40,321 bases of DNA, taken from Candidatus Eiseniibacteriota bacterium. Lineage in GTDB: Bacteria; Eisenbacteria; RBG-16-71-46; SZUA-252. Each line of letters begins with the position of its first letter. Positions within the stretch are counted from its first letter, which is position 1. The stretch covers positions 1 through 40,321 of the forward strand of contig JANMQV010000143.1 in the NCBI GenBank assembly GCA_031370645.1. Direction: 5' to 3'. The translations under genes and the position numbers were made by a program. The notes under the pieces were generated by a model. That model saw nothing but the letters and a program-made list of their open reading frames with translations, was not told where the DNA came from and did not search any database. Below, one piece after another: positions 20,208-27,963 of the stretch.

Positions 20208-20851
20208 TGCATCTGAGCCCCGACTTCGGCGTCTGGATCGCGGCGTTCCTCACGCTCGGCATCTTCTCGTTCCTCTACCGCGACAACCCGGTCTACAAGC
20301 TCTGCGAGCATCTCTTCGTCGGCATCTCCGCCGGCTACTACGTCGTGCTCACGTACTACTCCACCCTGAAGCCGAATCTCGTGACGCCGCTCTTCTTCCA
20401 TTTCGGAGAAGGACGGAATTTCCTGCTGGTCGTTCCGCTTCTATTGGGCGTGCTCCTCTTCTCGCGCTTCTTCCCGAAGGGCGACTGGCTCTCGCGCTGG
20501 CCGATCGCGGTCATCCTCGGCGTCTACCCGGCGCTCCGGATCACGGGCTTCGGGCAGAGCGATCTCGTGCAGCAGATCAACGGCTCGATCCTCCCGCTCT
20601 GGGGCGGCATCGGCGCCGGCGAATTGATCAACAACTGGCTCCTCGTGATCGGGCTCCTCTCCACGCTCGTCTTCTTCTTCTTCTCGAAGGAGCACAAGGG
20701 CGCCCTCGGCGGCACCGCGAAGATCGGAATCTACTTCCTGATGGTGAGTTTCGGCGCCAGCTACGGCTACACGGTCATGGCGCGTATCTCGCTCCTCATC
20801 GGGCGGGTCATGTTCCTCCTTCGCGACTGGCTCGGCGTCCTCCGCTTCTAG
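20207..20851 (+). CDS. Hypothetical polytopic membrane protein (about 6 TM)
   Basis: WIAAFLTLGIFSFLYRDNPVYKLCEHLFVG; FLMVSFGASYGYTVMARISLL. ATG 20207 in a TGATG overlap; the ORF-track start at 19925 is too long. Confidence 0.8.
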   Translation: MHLSPDFGVWIAAFLTLGIFSFLYRDNPVYKLCEHLFVGISAGYYVVLTYYSTLKPNLVTPLFFHFGEGRNFLLVVPLLLGVLLFSRFFPKGDWLSRWPIAVILGVYPALRITGFGQSDLVQQINGSILPLWGGIGAGELINNWLLVIGLLSTLVFFFFSKEHKGALGGTAKIGIYFLMVSFGASYGYTVMARISLLIGRVMFLLRDWLGVLRF

Positions 20852-20861
20852 GAGGCTGACC

Positions 20862-21653
20862 GTGCCGGATCGCGCTCCGGTCTTCCAAGCCCTCCACCTT
20901 CCGCACCGCGTCGCTCCCGGCGAACTCCAGATGGAGATCGACGGCGCGCTCCTTCGCTGGGCCGCGGCCGCCCCCGATCGTCTCGTCGTCCGCACGTATG
21001 GATGGAGCCGTCCCACGCTGAGCCTCGGACGCGTGGAGCCGTTTCCGGCGGGATGGGACCGGGACGCCATCGCGCGGGACGGGCTCGACGTCGCGCGCCG
21101 TCCCACGGGCGGCGATGCCGTGCTCCACGACGAAGAGGCGACGTTCGCCGTGGCGGCGAGCGTTCCGGGTCCCTGGGCGGACGCTCCGCGCGCCTTCGCG
21201 GAGCGCGTCGCCGACGCCGTGGCCGCGGCCTACCAGACACTTCATCTCGCCGCGGAGCGGATCCCCTCGAGCGACCGTGGTCCGACGCTACCGGCCGGGG
21301 CGACGCCCTGTTTCGCCCGGAGCGCGCCCGGGGAAGTCCGGGTCGGCGCGTTCAAACTGGCCGGAATCGCTTCGAAGTTCACCCGAGGCGGCGCCTTGAG
21401 CCATGCGTCGCTTCCGCTCACCGGGCGACACCGCGACGTGGCGCGATACCGGAGCGATGCTCCCCAGGCGGCGGCGCTTCTTGCCGGCCACGCGCGCGGC
21501 GCGGGGGAACTACTCGGAGCGGCCCTCTCCGCGGACCTCTTGCAGGAGCGCGTCGTCGCCGCGCTCGCCACCGCGTTTGGCGTGACGCTCGAAGCCGCGC
21601 CCTTCGCCGCCGTGGGACTCCGCGATCCAGATTCCGCGATGCCGCCCTCATGA
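20862..21653 (+). CDS. Lipoate-protein ligase family protein, LipM-like octanoyltransferase
   Basis: RTYGWSRPTLSLG, VARRPTGGDAVLH, conserved CF motif (TPCFARS), catalytic Lys in FKLAG. No LplA C-terminal domain. GGAGG RBS. Confidence 0.8.
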   Translation: MPDRAPVFQALHLPHRVAPGELQMEIDGALLRWAAAAPDRLVVRTYGWSRPTLSLGRVEPFPAGWDRDAIARDGLDVARRPTGGDAVLHDEEATFAVAASVPGPWADAPRAFAERVADAVAAAYQTLHLAAERIPSSDRGPTLPAGATPCFARSAPGEVRVGAFKLAGIASKFTRGGALSHASLPLTGRHRDVARYRSDAPQAAALLAGHARGAGELLGAALSADLLQERVVAALATAFGVTLEAAPFAAVGLRDPDSAMPPS

Positions 21654-21684
21654 CCCGCGCGCTCGCGCGAGGCGGGAAGTCGTG

Positions 21685-21693
21685 TGATAGGCT
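21685..21693 (+). promoter_or_regulatory. Putative extended -10 (TGaTAGGCT) implying a leaderless gpmI transcript
   Basis: The -10 ends 6 nt before ATG 21700, and there is no Shine-Dalgarno sequence. Confidence 0.45.
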
Positions 21694-21699
21694 TCGCGG

Positions 21700-23226
21700 A
21701 TGACCGCCGCTCGCCCACCCTTGGTCGGCCTTGTGATTCTCGACGGCTGGGGACTACGCGCCGGGCGGGATGGAAACGCCGTGGCGCTCGCGCGGACCCC
21801 CGTGATGGACGCGCTCGTCGCCCGCTATCCGCAGGCGACCCTCACCACGTGCGGTGAGGCCGTCGGTCTTCCCGACGGGCAGATGGGGAACAGCGAAGTC
21901 GGCCATCTCAACCTCGGCGCGGGACGCATCGTCTATCAGGACCTCACCCGGATCGACCGCGCCGTCGCCGACGGATCGCTCGCGCGAAACCAAGTCCTCC
22001 TCGCGGCGGTGGAACGCGCCAAGGGCCGGGGACGAATCCATTTTGTCGGGCTCCTTTCTCCGGGTGGGGTCCACAGTCACGAGAAACACGTGCAGGCCAT
22101 GATTCGAATCGCCTCGGAGGGGGGCGTCGCCCATCCCTTTGTTCACGCCATTCTCGACGGTCGCGACACCGCGCCCCGTTCAGCGCGACGGTCGCTCGAA
22201 GAGACGGAAACGCTGCTCCGCGCGCAAGGCGGCGCGATTGCGACGGTTTCGGGACGTTTCTACGCGATGGACCGCGACAAGCGATGGGATCGGACCGAAC
22301 GCGCCTACCGCGCGATGGTTGGCGGCGTCGGAGAATCGGCGCGCTCTCCGGTCGAGGCGCTGGAGCGAGCCTACGCGAGAAATGAAGGGGACGAATTCGT
22401 TCTGCCGACCGTCATCGAGGGGGTGAACGGGCGGATCGAACGTGGCGACGTCGTGGTCGCGTTCAACTTCCGTCCCGACCGGATGCGGCAGCTCTCCCGC
22501 GCCTTCGGCGATCCGAGATTCGACGCCTTTGCTCGCCCCGAGTGGCCGCTCGCTCTTCAGTACTCCTGTATGACGAGCTACGACGACACCTTCACGTTTC
22601 CGGTTCTCTTCACCGACGAGCCGCTTCGCCGCACGATCGGGGAAGTCGTGAGCGAGGCCGGGATCCGCCAGTTGCGGATCGCGGAGACGGAGAAGTATGC
22701 GCACGTCACCTACTTCTTCAACGGGAGCGGGGAGACGCCCTTCCCGGGCGAGGAACGCGCGATGATTCCTTCGCCGAAAGTCGCGACGTACGATCTTCGC
22801 CCGGAGATGAGCGCGCGGGAGGTGACGGACGAAGCGGTCCGGCGGCTCTCGACCCCCGACTTCGGGTTCTTCGTCCTGAACTATGCGAATGTCGACATGG
22901 TGGGGCACACCGGAATCATCCCCGCGGCAGTCGCCGCCGTGGAGACCGTGGATGAGTGCCTGGGACGTCTCCTGAAGGCCGTGGAAGCGCGAGGCGGATT
23001 GGCCGTCGTCACGGCGGACCACGGAAACGCCGAGCTGATGGTCGACGAAGCGACCGGCGAGCCCCACACGGCCCACACCCTCAATCCGGTGCCGGTCTTC
23101 GTGGCGGGGAACGGCCCCTACCCTCTTCGGAACGGGATTCTCGCGGATGTGGCGCCCACGCTCTTGGAACTCCTTCAAATCAAGGCCCCACCCGAGATGA
23201 CCGGACGGAGCCTGATCCAACGCTAG
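21700..23226 (+). CDS. gpmI: 2,3-bisphosphoglycerate-independent phosphoglycerate mutase
   Basis: LVILDGWG, GQMGNSEVGH, GRFYAMDRDKRW, AETEKYAHVT, DMVGHTG, TADHGNAE, HTAHT. Confidence 0.98.
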   Translation: MTAARPPLVGLVILDGWGLRAGRDGNAVALARTPVMDALVARYPQATLTTCGEAVGLPDGQMGNSEVGHLNLGAGRIVYQDLTRIDRAVADGSLARNQVLLAAVERAKGRGRIHFVGLLSPGGVHSHEKHVQAMIRIASEGGVAHPFVHAILDGRDTAPRSARRSLEETETLLRAQGGAIATVSGRFYAMDRDKRWDRTERAYRAMVGGVGESARSPVEALERAYARNEGDEFVLPTVIEGVNGRIERGDVVVAFNFRPDRMRQLSRAFGDPRFDAFARPEWPLALQYSCMTSYDDTFTFPVLFTDEPLRRTIGEVVSEAGIRQLRIAETEKYAHVTYFFNGSGETPFPGEERAMIPSPKVATYDLRPEMSAREVTDEAVRRLSTPDFGFFVLNYANVDMVGHTGIIPAAVAAVETVDECLGRLLKAVEARGGLAVVTADHGNAELMVDEATGEPHTAHTLNPVPVFVAGNGPYPLRNGILADVAPTLLELLQIKAPPEMTGRSLIQR

Positions 23227-23357
23227 GGCCCCGCCGGGGCTCGAATGTGCGGGATTTCGCCCCGGAGAATGGGGGGAGGCACCCAGGATCGGGTCTGATT
23301 CAGGGGTTTACGGGCCCCCCGAGTTCGGGCCCCGCTCAATCGCCGAGAGGCGATTCA

Positions 23358-23410
23358 TGTCGAAATTTAAAGACGAGCTGTAAATGGCTTAATTATAGAT
23401 AGTTACAGCT
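23358..23410 (+). promoter_or_regulatory. Putative enhancer-binding-protein UAS (TGTC-N10-GACG) plus AT-rich inverted repeat / IHF-like site
   Basis: TGTC 23358-23361 and GACG 23372-23375; perfect IR AGCTGTAA-N19-TTACAGCT at 23376-23410; strongly AT-rich against the GC background; about 65-120 bp upstream of a -24/-12 element. Confidence 0.5.
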
Positions 23411-23473
23411 AAGCAATTTTCCACTCTTCCCCCCCTCCCGTCGGGCTCAATCTCTTCGCCCCGCAGCGACTCG

Positions 23474-23488
23474 CGGCACGTCGATTGC
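23474..23488 (+). promoter_or_regulatory. Sigma54 (-24/-12) promoter CGGCACGtcgaTTGC
   Basis: Exact GG-N10-GC spacing; matches the TGGCACG-N4-TTGC consensus except at the first base. Confidence 0.7.
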
Positions 23489-23499
23489 CATGATGTATC

Positions 23500-23682
23500 G
23501 GCGTGATCGCCAACTAGAAAGTTCCCTGCAGCGTCCGCGAGAATCGCTTGGTCCTGAGCTGATCCCCTCGACGAGACGACGCAGTTTCACCGGCACCAGG
23601 TGCACGGCGCAGGCGGGGAACGTTTAACGGGGCCACGGCCCCCACGAAGCGCCCGGATCGAATCCGGGCGCTTTCGTCGTTT
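23500..23682 (+). ncRNA. Candidate sigma54-dependent structured sRNA or 5' leader (unassigned family)
   Basis: Long irregular hairpin 23521-23621 closed by GTTCCC/GGGAAC; hairpin GGGGC-CACG-GCCCC at 23629-23642; terminal 12-bp hairpin. 5' end inferred from the sigma54 element. Confidence 0.5.
23647..23682 (+). terminator. Intrinsic terminator-like hairpin AAGCGCCCGGAT-CGA-ATCCGGGCGCTT
   Basis: Perfect 12-bp stem followed by an imperfect T-rich tail (TTTCGTCGTTT). Confidence 0.6.
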
Positions 23683-23799
23683 CCGGTCCCGCGGCGAAAG
23701 CCATTCGCGTCGATCGTTTGAATCCCCCGGGTCGCTCTGTTAGGGTGATTCCTGGCCGGGCGCGTTTCATGCGCGCCGATTCGGAACCCAGAGGACTCG

Positions 23800-24684
23800 A
23801 TGGCACGGAATCGCTGGTTGTGGGGCTGCGCGTTATTGATCGTCGGGACCGTGGCGACGGTCGCGCTCGCGTTCTTCGTTGTGAACGTCGCGATGAGCGG
23901 CGATGAATTCGGCATTGCCCAGCTCCACGGTCGCGTGGGGTTGGTTGAAGTCGTCGGAGAAATTTCCGAATCGGAGTCGGTGGTGGACCAGATCGACCGG
24001 ATGCAGCGCGATCCGAGCGTGAAGGCCGTCGTGGTGCGCCTCGACAGTCCGGGCGGCGGCGTGGCGGCTTCGCAGGAAATCTACGACTCGGTTCGCCGCT
24101 TGCGCGACGCCGGGAAGCCGGTCGTCGCCTCCATGGGCGGCGTGGCCGCTTCGGGCGCCTATTACGTCGCCTGCGCTGCCGATTCCATCGTCGCCAATCC
24201 GGGCACCCTCACGGGGAGCATCGGAGTCATCATGAGCTTCCCGAATACCGAGGAGCTCTTCCGCAAGGTCGGCGTCCGCTTCGAGACGATCAAGACCGGC
24301 AAGTTCAAGGACGTCGGCTCGATGTGGCGACCCATGACCGACGACGAGAAGACCCTGCTTCACGAGGTTCTCACCAACGTCTACGACCAGTTCATCGACG
24401 CAATCGTGGACGGACGGAGCATGGCGCGAGAGGACATTCTTCCGTACGCGGATGGGCGCATCTTCTCCGGCGATCAAGCCCAGGAGTACGGCTTCGTGGA
24501 CCGCCTGGGGAGCCTCGAGGAGGCGATCACGATGGCCTCGGAGATGGCCGGGATCGAGGGGCGTCCATCGGTCGTCCGGAAGGAGCGCCGGCGCGTCTCC
24601 GTTTTCGACTTTTTGGACGAGAAGATGAACCCCATGAAGGGGTTGCTTGGCTCCGGGCCCCGCCTGGAGTTCCGCCTGCGCTGA
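23800..24684 (+). CDS. sppA: Signal peptide peptidase SppA (S49, short type)
   Basis: N-terminal TM, RLDSPGG, SMGGVAASGAYY, TLTGSIGV, KTGKFKD, ADGRIFSG. GAGG RBS. Confidence 0.93.
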   Translation: MARNRWLWGCALLIVGTVATVALAFFVVNVAMSGDEFGIAQLHGRVGLVEVVGEISESESVVDQIDRMQRDPSVKAVVVRLDSPGGGVAASQEIYDSVRRLRDAGKPVVASMGGVAASGAYYVACAADSIVANPGTLTGSIGVIMSFPNTEELFRKVGVRFETIKTGKFKDVGSMWRPMTDDEKTLLHEVLTNVYDQFIDAIVDGRSMAREDILPYADGRIFSGDQAQEYGFVDRLGSLEEAITMASEMAGIEGRPSVVRKERRRVSVFDFLDEKMNPMKGLLGSGPRLEFRLR

Positions 24685-24714
24685 TTGACGCCCCGCCGGG
24701 GCGGATGGTAGATT
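24685..24714 (+). promoter_or_regulatory. Putative sigma70 promoter for hup/bS22 (TTGACG-N18-TAGATT, extended TG)
   Basis: TTGACG at 24685-24690 and TGgTAGATT at 24706-24714. Confidence 0.55.
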
Positions 24715-24760
24715 CCAGCGCGCCGGTGAACCGCCGGCTGTTGACTCGGGGAGGGATCCG

Positions 24761-25042
24761 ATGACGAAGGCCGATCTGGTTGACGAGATTTCGGAGCGCA
24801 CGAAGGTTTCAAAGAGCGAAACCGCGCTGATCGTCGACCAGCTCCTGAACGCGATTTCGCGCGCGTTGAGCGAGGGAAAGCACATCGAAATCCGCGGCTT
24901 CGGCACCTTCAAGGTGCGGGAACGGAAGGCCCGGAAGGCGCGCAATCCCCGTAGCGGCGCGGAAGTGATGGTCCCGGCGAAGCTGGTGCCGGTCTTTAAG
25001 GCGTCGAACGAGCTGAAAGGCATGGTCCGCGGTTCCGAGTAG
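24761..25042 (+). CDS. HU / integration host factor family DNA-binding protein
   Basis: MTKADLVDEIS, IEIRGFGTF, ARNPRSG, VPVFKAS. GGAGG RBS. Position after sppA resembles ihfB synteny. Confidence 0.95.
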   Translation: MTKADLVDEISERTKVSKSETALIVDQLLNAISRALSEGKHIEIRGFGTFKVRERKARKARNPRSGAEVMVPAKLVPVFKASNELKGMVRGSE

Positions 25043-25063
25043 CTGCGGGAGAATAGGAGACGG

Positions 25064-25159
25064 ATGGGAAGCGGAAAGAAGCGCAAACGGAAGAAGATCG
25101 CCACACACAAGCGCAAGAAGCGCCTTCGTCGCGACCGCCACAAGAAGCGGCTGCGGTAG
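25064..25159 (+). CDS. Small basic ribosomal protein bS22-like (AURKAIP1/COX24/mS38 family), 31 aa
   Basis: MGSGKKRKRKKIATHKRKKRLRRDRHKKRLR, with an AGGAG RBS upstream. Too short to appear in the ORF track. Confidence 0.88.
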   Translation: MGSGKKRKRKKIATHKRKKRLRRDRHKKRLR

Positions 25160-25204
25160 GCGAGAGGTTCGACGCGGTGACCGCGTCGCACGGTAGTCTT
25201 ATTC

Positions 25205-25248
25205 AGCGGCCCGGCACGTTCCGATTCGGGACGGCCGGGTCGTTTTTT
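25205..25248 (+). terminator. Rho-independent terminator after hup-bS22
   Basis: GC-rich interrupted stem AGCGGCCCGGC..CGTTCCG-ATT-CGGGACG..GCCGGGTCG followed by TTTTTT. Confidence 0.7.
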
Positions 25249-25256
25249 GCCTGCCC

Positions 25257-27230
25257 ATGACCTCCCGAACCATGACCGGACGCCTCCGCCGCACGCGCTT
25301 CGGCTACGGCTTCGTCGAGGTGGAGGACGAGGCGCAGCCGAACCGCGAGGATCTCTTCATTCCTCCCTTCGCCATGGGGGACGCGCTCCACGGAGATCGC
25401 GTGCGCGTGGCCTACCTCGAAACGCGCGAACAGGGCGACGCCCACGAAGTGGTGGAGGTACTCGAGCGGACCGGCTACGGCATCGCCGGCCGCATCGAGC
25501 CGCGCGGCCGCCTGACCGCGCTCTTCCCCGACCGTCCCGAATACCCCGACGAAATCATCCTCACGCTCCACGGCCGCGCGTCGGTGCCGCGAGGCGGCCG
25601 CGCGCTCGTGCGCCTCACGCCGCACCCGCCAGAGCCGCTTCTCGGCAAAGTCGTGGCGATCTTCTCGGAGGACGACCCGAGCGAGGACAGTCTCCTCGTC
25701 GCGCTCGAAGAGGGAATCGCCACCGAGTTCGAACCAGACGCCGAGACCGAGGCGGCCGGGTTCGGCCCCGAATCGGTCACGCGGGCCCTGCGGGAGCGAG
25801 AAGACTTCCGCGACGACCTCGTCGTCACCATCGACCCTCCGGACGCGAAGGATCACGACGACGCGCTCTCCATCAAGCGAGACGCCGACGGGCACGGTTG
25901 GGAGGTCGGCATCCACATCGCCGACGTGAGCCACTACGTCCGTCCCGGGAGCGCGCTCGACCGAGAGGCGCGAAGCCGCGGCACGAGCGCCTACCTCGCC
26001 GACCGCGTCTTTCCAATGCTCCCGCACGCGCTCTCTTCCGGACTCTGCAGTCTCTCGGAAGGGGACGATCGCCTCGTGGTGAGTGTCGTCGCTCGGATCG
26101 GGGCGGACGGCGTCACGCTCGGCGCCCGCGTCGTGGAGGGTGTGATTCGGAGTAGGGCTTCGCTCACGTACGACGAGGCGTGGGAGCTCATCGAACGTGG
26201 CTCGGGCGACATGGCGGAATCGCTCCGCGCCCTTCATGAATTGGCGCGCACGATGAGGGCTCGGAGACTCGAGCAGGGCGGGCTCGATCTCGACATGCCC
26301 GAGTTCCGCGCGGTGCTCGACGCCCGCGGGGAGCCGACGGCGTTCGCGGAGGTGCCGCACGTGCCGACGCACTCGCTCATCGAGGAGTTCATGCTCCTCG
26401 CGAATCAGGTCGTGGGCGGGCGCGCCTTCGCGCGGGAGCTCCCCTTCATGTACCGAGTCCACGAATGCCCTCGCTATGATAAACTGCGCGCCTTCTTCGA
26501 GGCGGCGCGCTACCTGGGGCGTCAAGGGCCGGAGATGATCGTCACCGACGCGCGGCAGCTGAAACGATGGCTGAGCCACGGGCGGACGGTGCGGGACCGG
26601 CTCCTGAACACGCTTCTCCTTCGCGCCTTGGAGAAAGCGCGGTACGATCTGGTCGATGTGGGGCACTTCGGTCTGGGCATGCGAGGCTACGCGCACTTCA
26701 CGTCGCCCATTCGCCGCTACCCCGATCTCGCGAATCACCGCGTCGTGAAGCGCTACCTGGTGGATGGCGCGGCGGGCCATGGCGATCCGTGGACGTTCAC
26801 GGCCGGTTGGCTCGACACCGCGTCGGCGGCCCTCGCCTCCGAGATGGAGATGAAGGCCGACGACGCCGAGCGCGGCGTCATGCGCCGGAAGGCGGTCCGC
26901 TTCGCGCGCGAGCGAATGGGAGAGCCGGTCCGAGGCACGGTGGTCGCCGTGACGCCGGGCGGACTCTTCGTGACGATGGACGGATGGAACATCGACGGAT
27001 TCCTGCCCAAACGGGCGCTCGGCGATGCGTCGTTTCAGATGGCCGAGCATGGGTACTCGTATCGCTCCAAGCGATCGAAACGCCGGTTCGGACTGGGGGA
27101 TTTCGTCACCGTCGTGGTGACGCGCGCCGATCTCGATCGGCGCGAGGTCGAGCTCGGATTGGCGCCTGAAAAGGGGCGCGCCTCGCGACGGCCCGCGCGC
27201 CGCGCCGCCGGTGGACGGCGGCGGCGCTGA
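25257..27230 (+). CDS. rnr: Ribonuclease R / RNase II (RNB) family exoribonuclease
   Basis: Cold-shock domain FGYGFV..DLFIPP..DALHGDRV; catalytic TIDPPDAKDHDDAL; IEEFMLLAN; HFTSPIRRYPDL; C-terminal S1 domain and basic tail. Confidence 0.9.
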   Translation: MTSRTMTGRLRRTRFGYGFVEVEDEAQPNREDLFIPPFAMGDALHGDRVRVAYLETREQGDAHEVVEVLERTGYGIAGRIEPRGRLTALFPDRPEYPDEIILTLHGRASVPRGGRALVRLTPHPPEPLLGKVVAIFSEDDPSEDSLLVALEEGIATEFEPDAETEAAGFGPESVTRALREREDFRDDLVVTIDPPDAKDHDDALSIKRDADGHGWEVGIHIADVSHYVRPGSALDREARSRGTSAYLADRVFPMLPHALSSGLCSLSEGDDRLVVSVVARIGADGVTLGARVVEGVIRSRASLTYDEAWELIERGSGDMAESLRALHELARTMRARRLEQGGLDLDMPEFRAVLDARGEPTAFAEVPHVPTHSLIEEFMLLANQVVGGRAFARELPFMYRVHECPRYDKLRAFFEAARYLGRQGPEMIVTDARQLKRWLSHGRTVRDRLLNTLLLRALEKARYDLVDVGHFGLGMRGYAHFTSPIRRYPDLANHRVVKRYLVDGAAGHGDPWTFTAGWLDTASAALASEMEMKADDAERGVMRRKAVRFARERMGEPVRGTVVAVTPGGLFVTMDGWNIDGFLPKRALGDASFQMAEHGYSYRSKRSKRRFGLGDFVTVVVTRADLDRREVELGLAPEKGRASRRPARRAAGGRRRR

Positions 27231-27274
27231 CACGCTCCGGGAACCCTCGAGACGGGGGACCGCGGAAGGAAAGG

Positions 27275-27835
27275 ATGATGGCCTTGGGGAGTCAGGAACG
27301 GCGAAGCGCTCCGCGAATCGTCGCGAAGCTCGCGATGCAGGTGGCAGGAGCCAACGACGGCTCGGTGCTCACGACCGAGAGTATCAACCTTTCCGCGAGC
27401 GGCATTCAGTTCTTGAGCCGCGCCTTTCTCTCGCCGCTCACGAAGGTGGAGCTGACGCTGCTCCTCCCGCCGTTCGGGAGCCGGTTGCGGCGCGAGCGGA
27501 TGGTGAAGTGCGAGGCGATCGTCGTCCGCTGCGAAGAAGCCGAAGGGGCGAGGAGCCGGCCGCGTTACGAGCTCGCCTGCTATTTCAGCGACGTGGAGAG
27601 CGACGACCGGGTCCTCATCGAGCAGTACGTCGGATGGCGCTCGCTGCGCCGGCTCCCGGCGATGCCGATGGTCGCCGCAAAGGCGCCGGGAATGTCGCCG
27701 GCGAAGCGGCCGGTCCGGAGCGCGGGAAAACCGTCGCGAAAGGCCGGAGCGAAAAAGGCGGCGAAGCCTGCCACGAAGAAGCGCCCCGCGGCGCCGAAGC
27801 GAGTCGTCGCGGCCAAGAAGAAGCGCCGGGCCTAG
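27275..27835 (+). CDS. PilZ-domain protein with a Lys/Ala/Pro-rich basic tail
   Basis: RxxxR motif (ERRSAPR) and (D/N)xSxxG motif (NLSASG); C-terminal KAGAKKAAKPATKKRPAAPKR. Start is 27275 or 27278. Confidence 0.85.
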   Translation: MMALGSQERRSAPRIVAKLAMQVAGANDGSVLTTESINLSASGIQFLSRAFLSPLTKVELTLLLPPFGSRLRRERMVKCEAIVVRCEEAEGARSRPRYELACYFSDVESDDRVLIEQYVGWRSLRRLPAMPMVAAKAPGMSPAKRPVRSAGKPSRKAGAKKAAKPATKKRPAAPKRVVAAKKKRRA

Positions 27836-27963
27836 CCCTTCGTGGACCCGTCGCCGATTCCCGTGGGAGCGTGCGGCGAGGCTCCCGGGGAACCGTGGGG
27901 ATCGCCGCGGGGTAGCAGCCAGAAGGCGCTCCCCCAGCGCCGAGGAAGGAGTTCGATCGCATC

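Noticed and set aside
23490-23627. 45-codon ORF MMYRRDRQLESS... overlapping the candidate sRNA
   Set aside because: It has no RBS, starts upstream of the predicted sigma54 TSS and has no recognisable motif. Not fully excluded without ribosome profiling.
23500-23682. Assignment of the candidate RNA as 6S, SRP, tRNA or a c-di-GMP riboswitch
   Set aside because: The rod is only about 100 nt (short for 6S); there is no SRP CAGG-GNRA-AGCA core; GGATCGAATCC resembles a T-arm but no cloverleaf forms; the GEMM motifs do not fit.
27836-27963. GC-rich self-complementary intergenic region (GGGAGCG/CGCTCCC, AGCAGCC) resembling SRP RNA
   Set aside because: It lacks the SRP helix-8 symmetric loop and GNRA tetraloop; the pairing is explicable by GC content.
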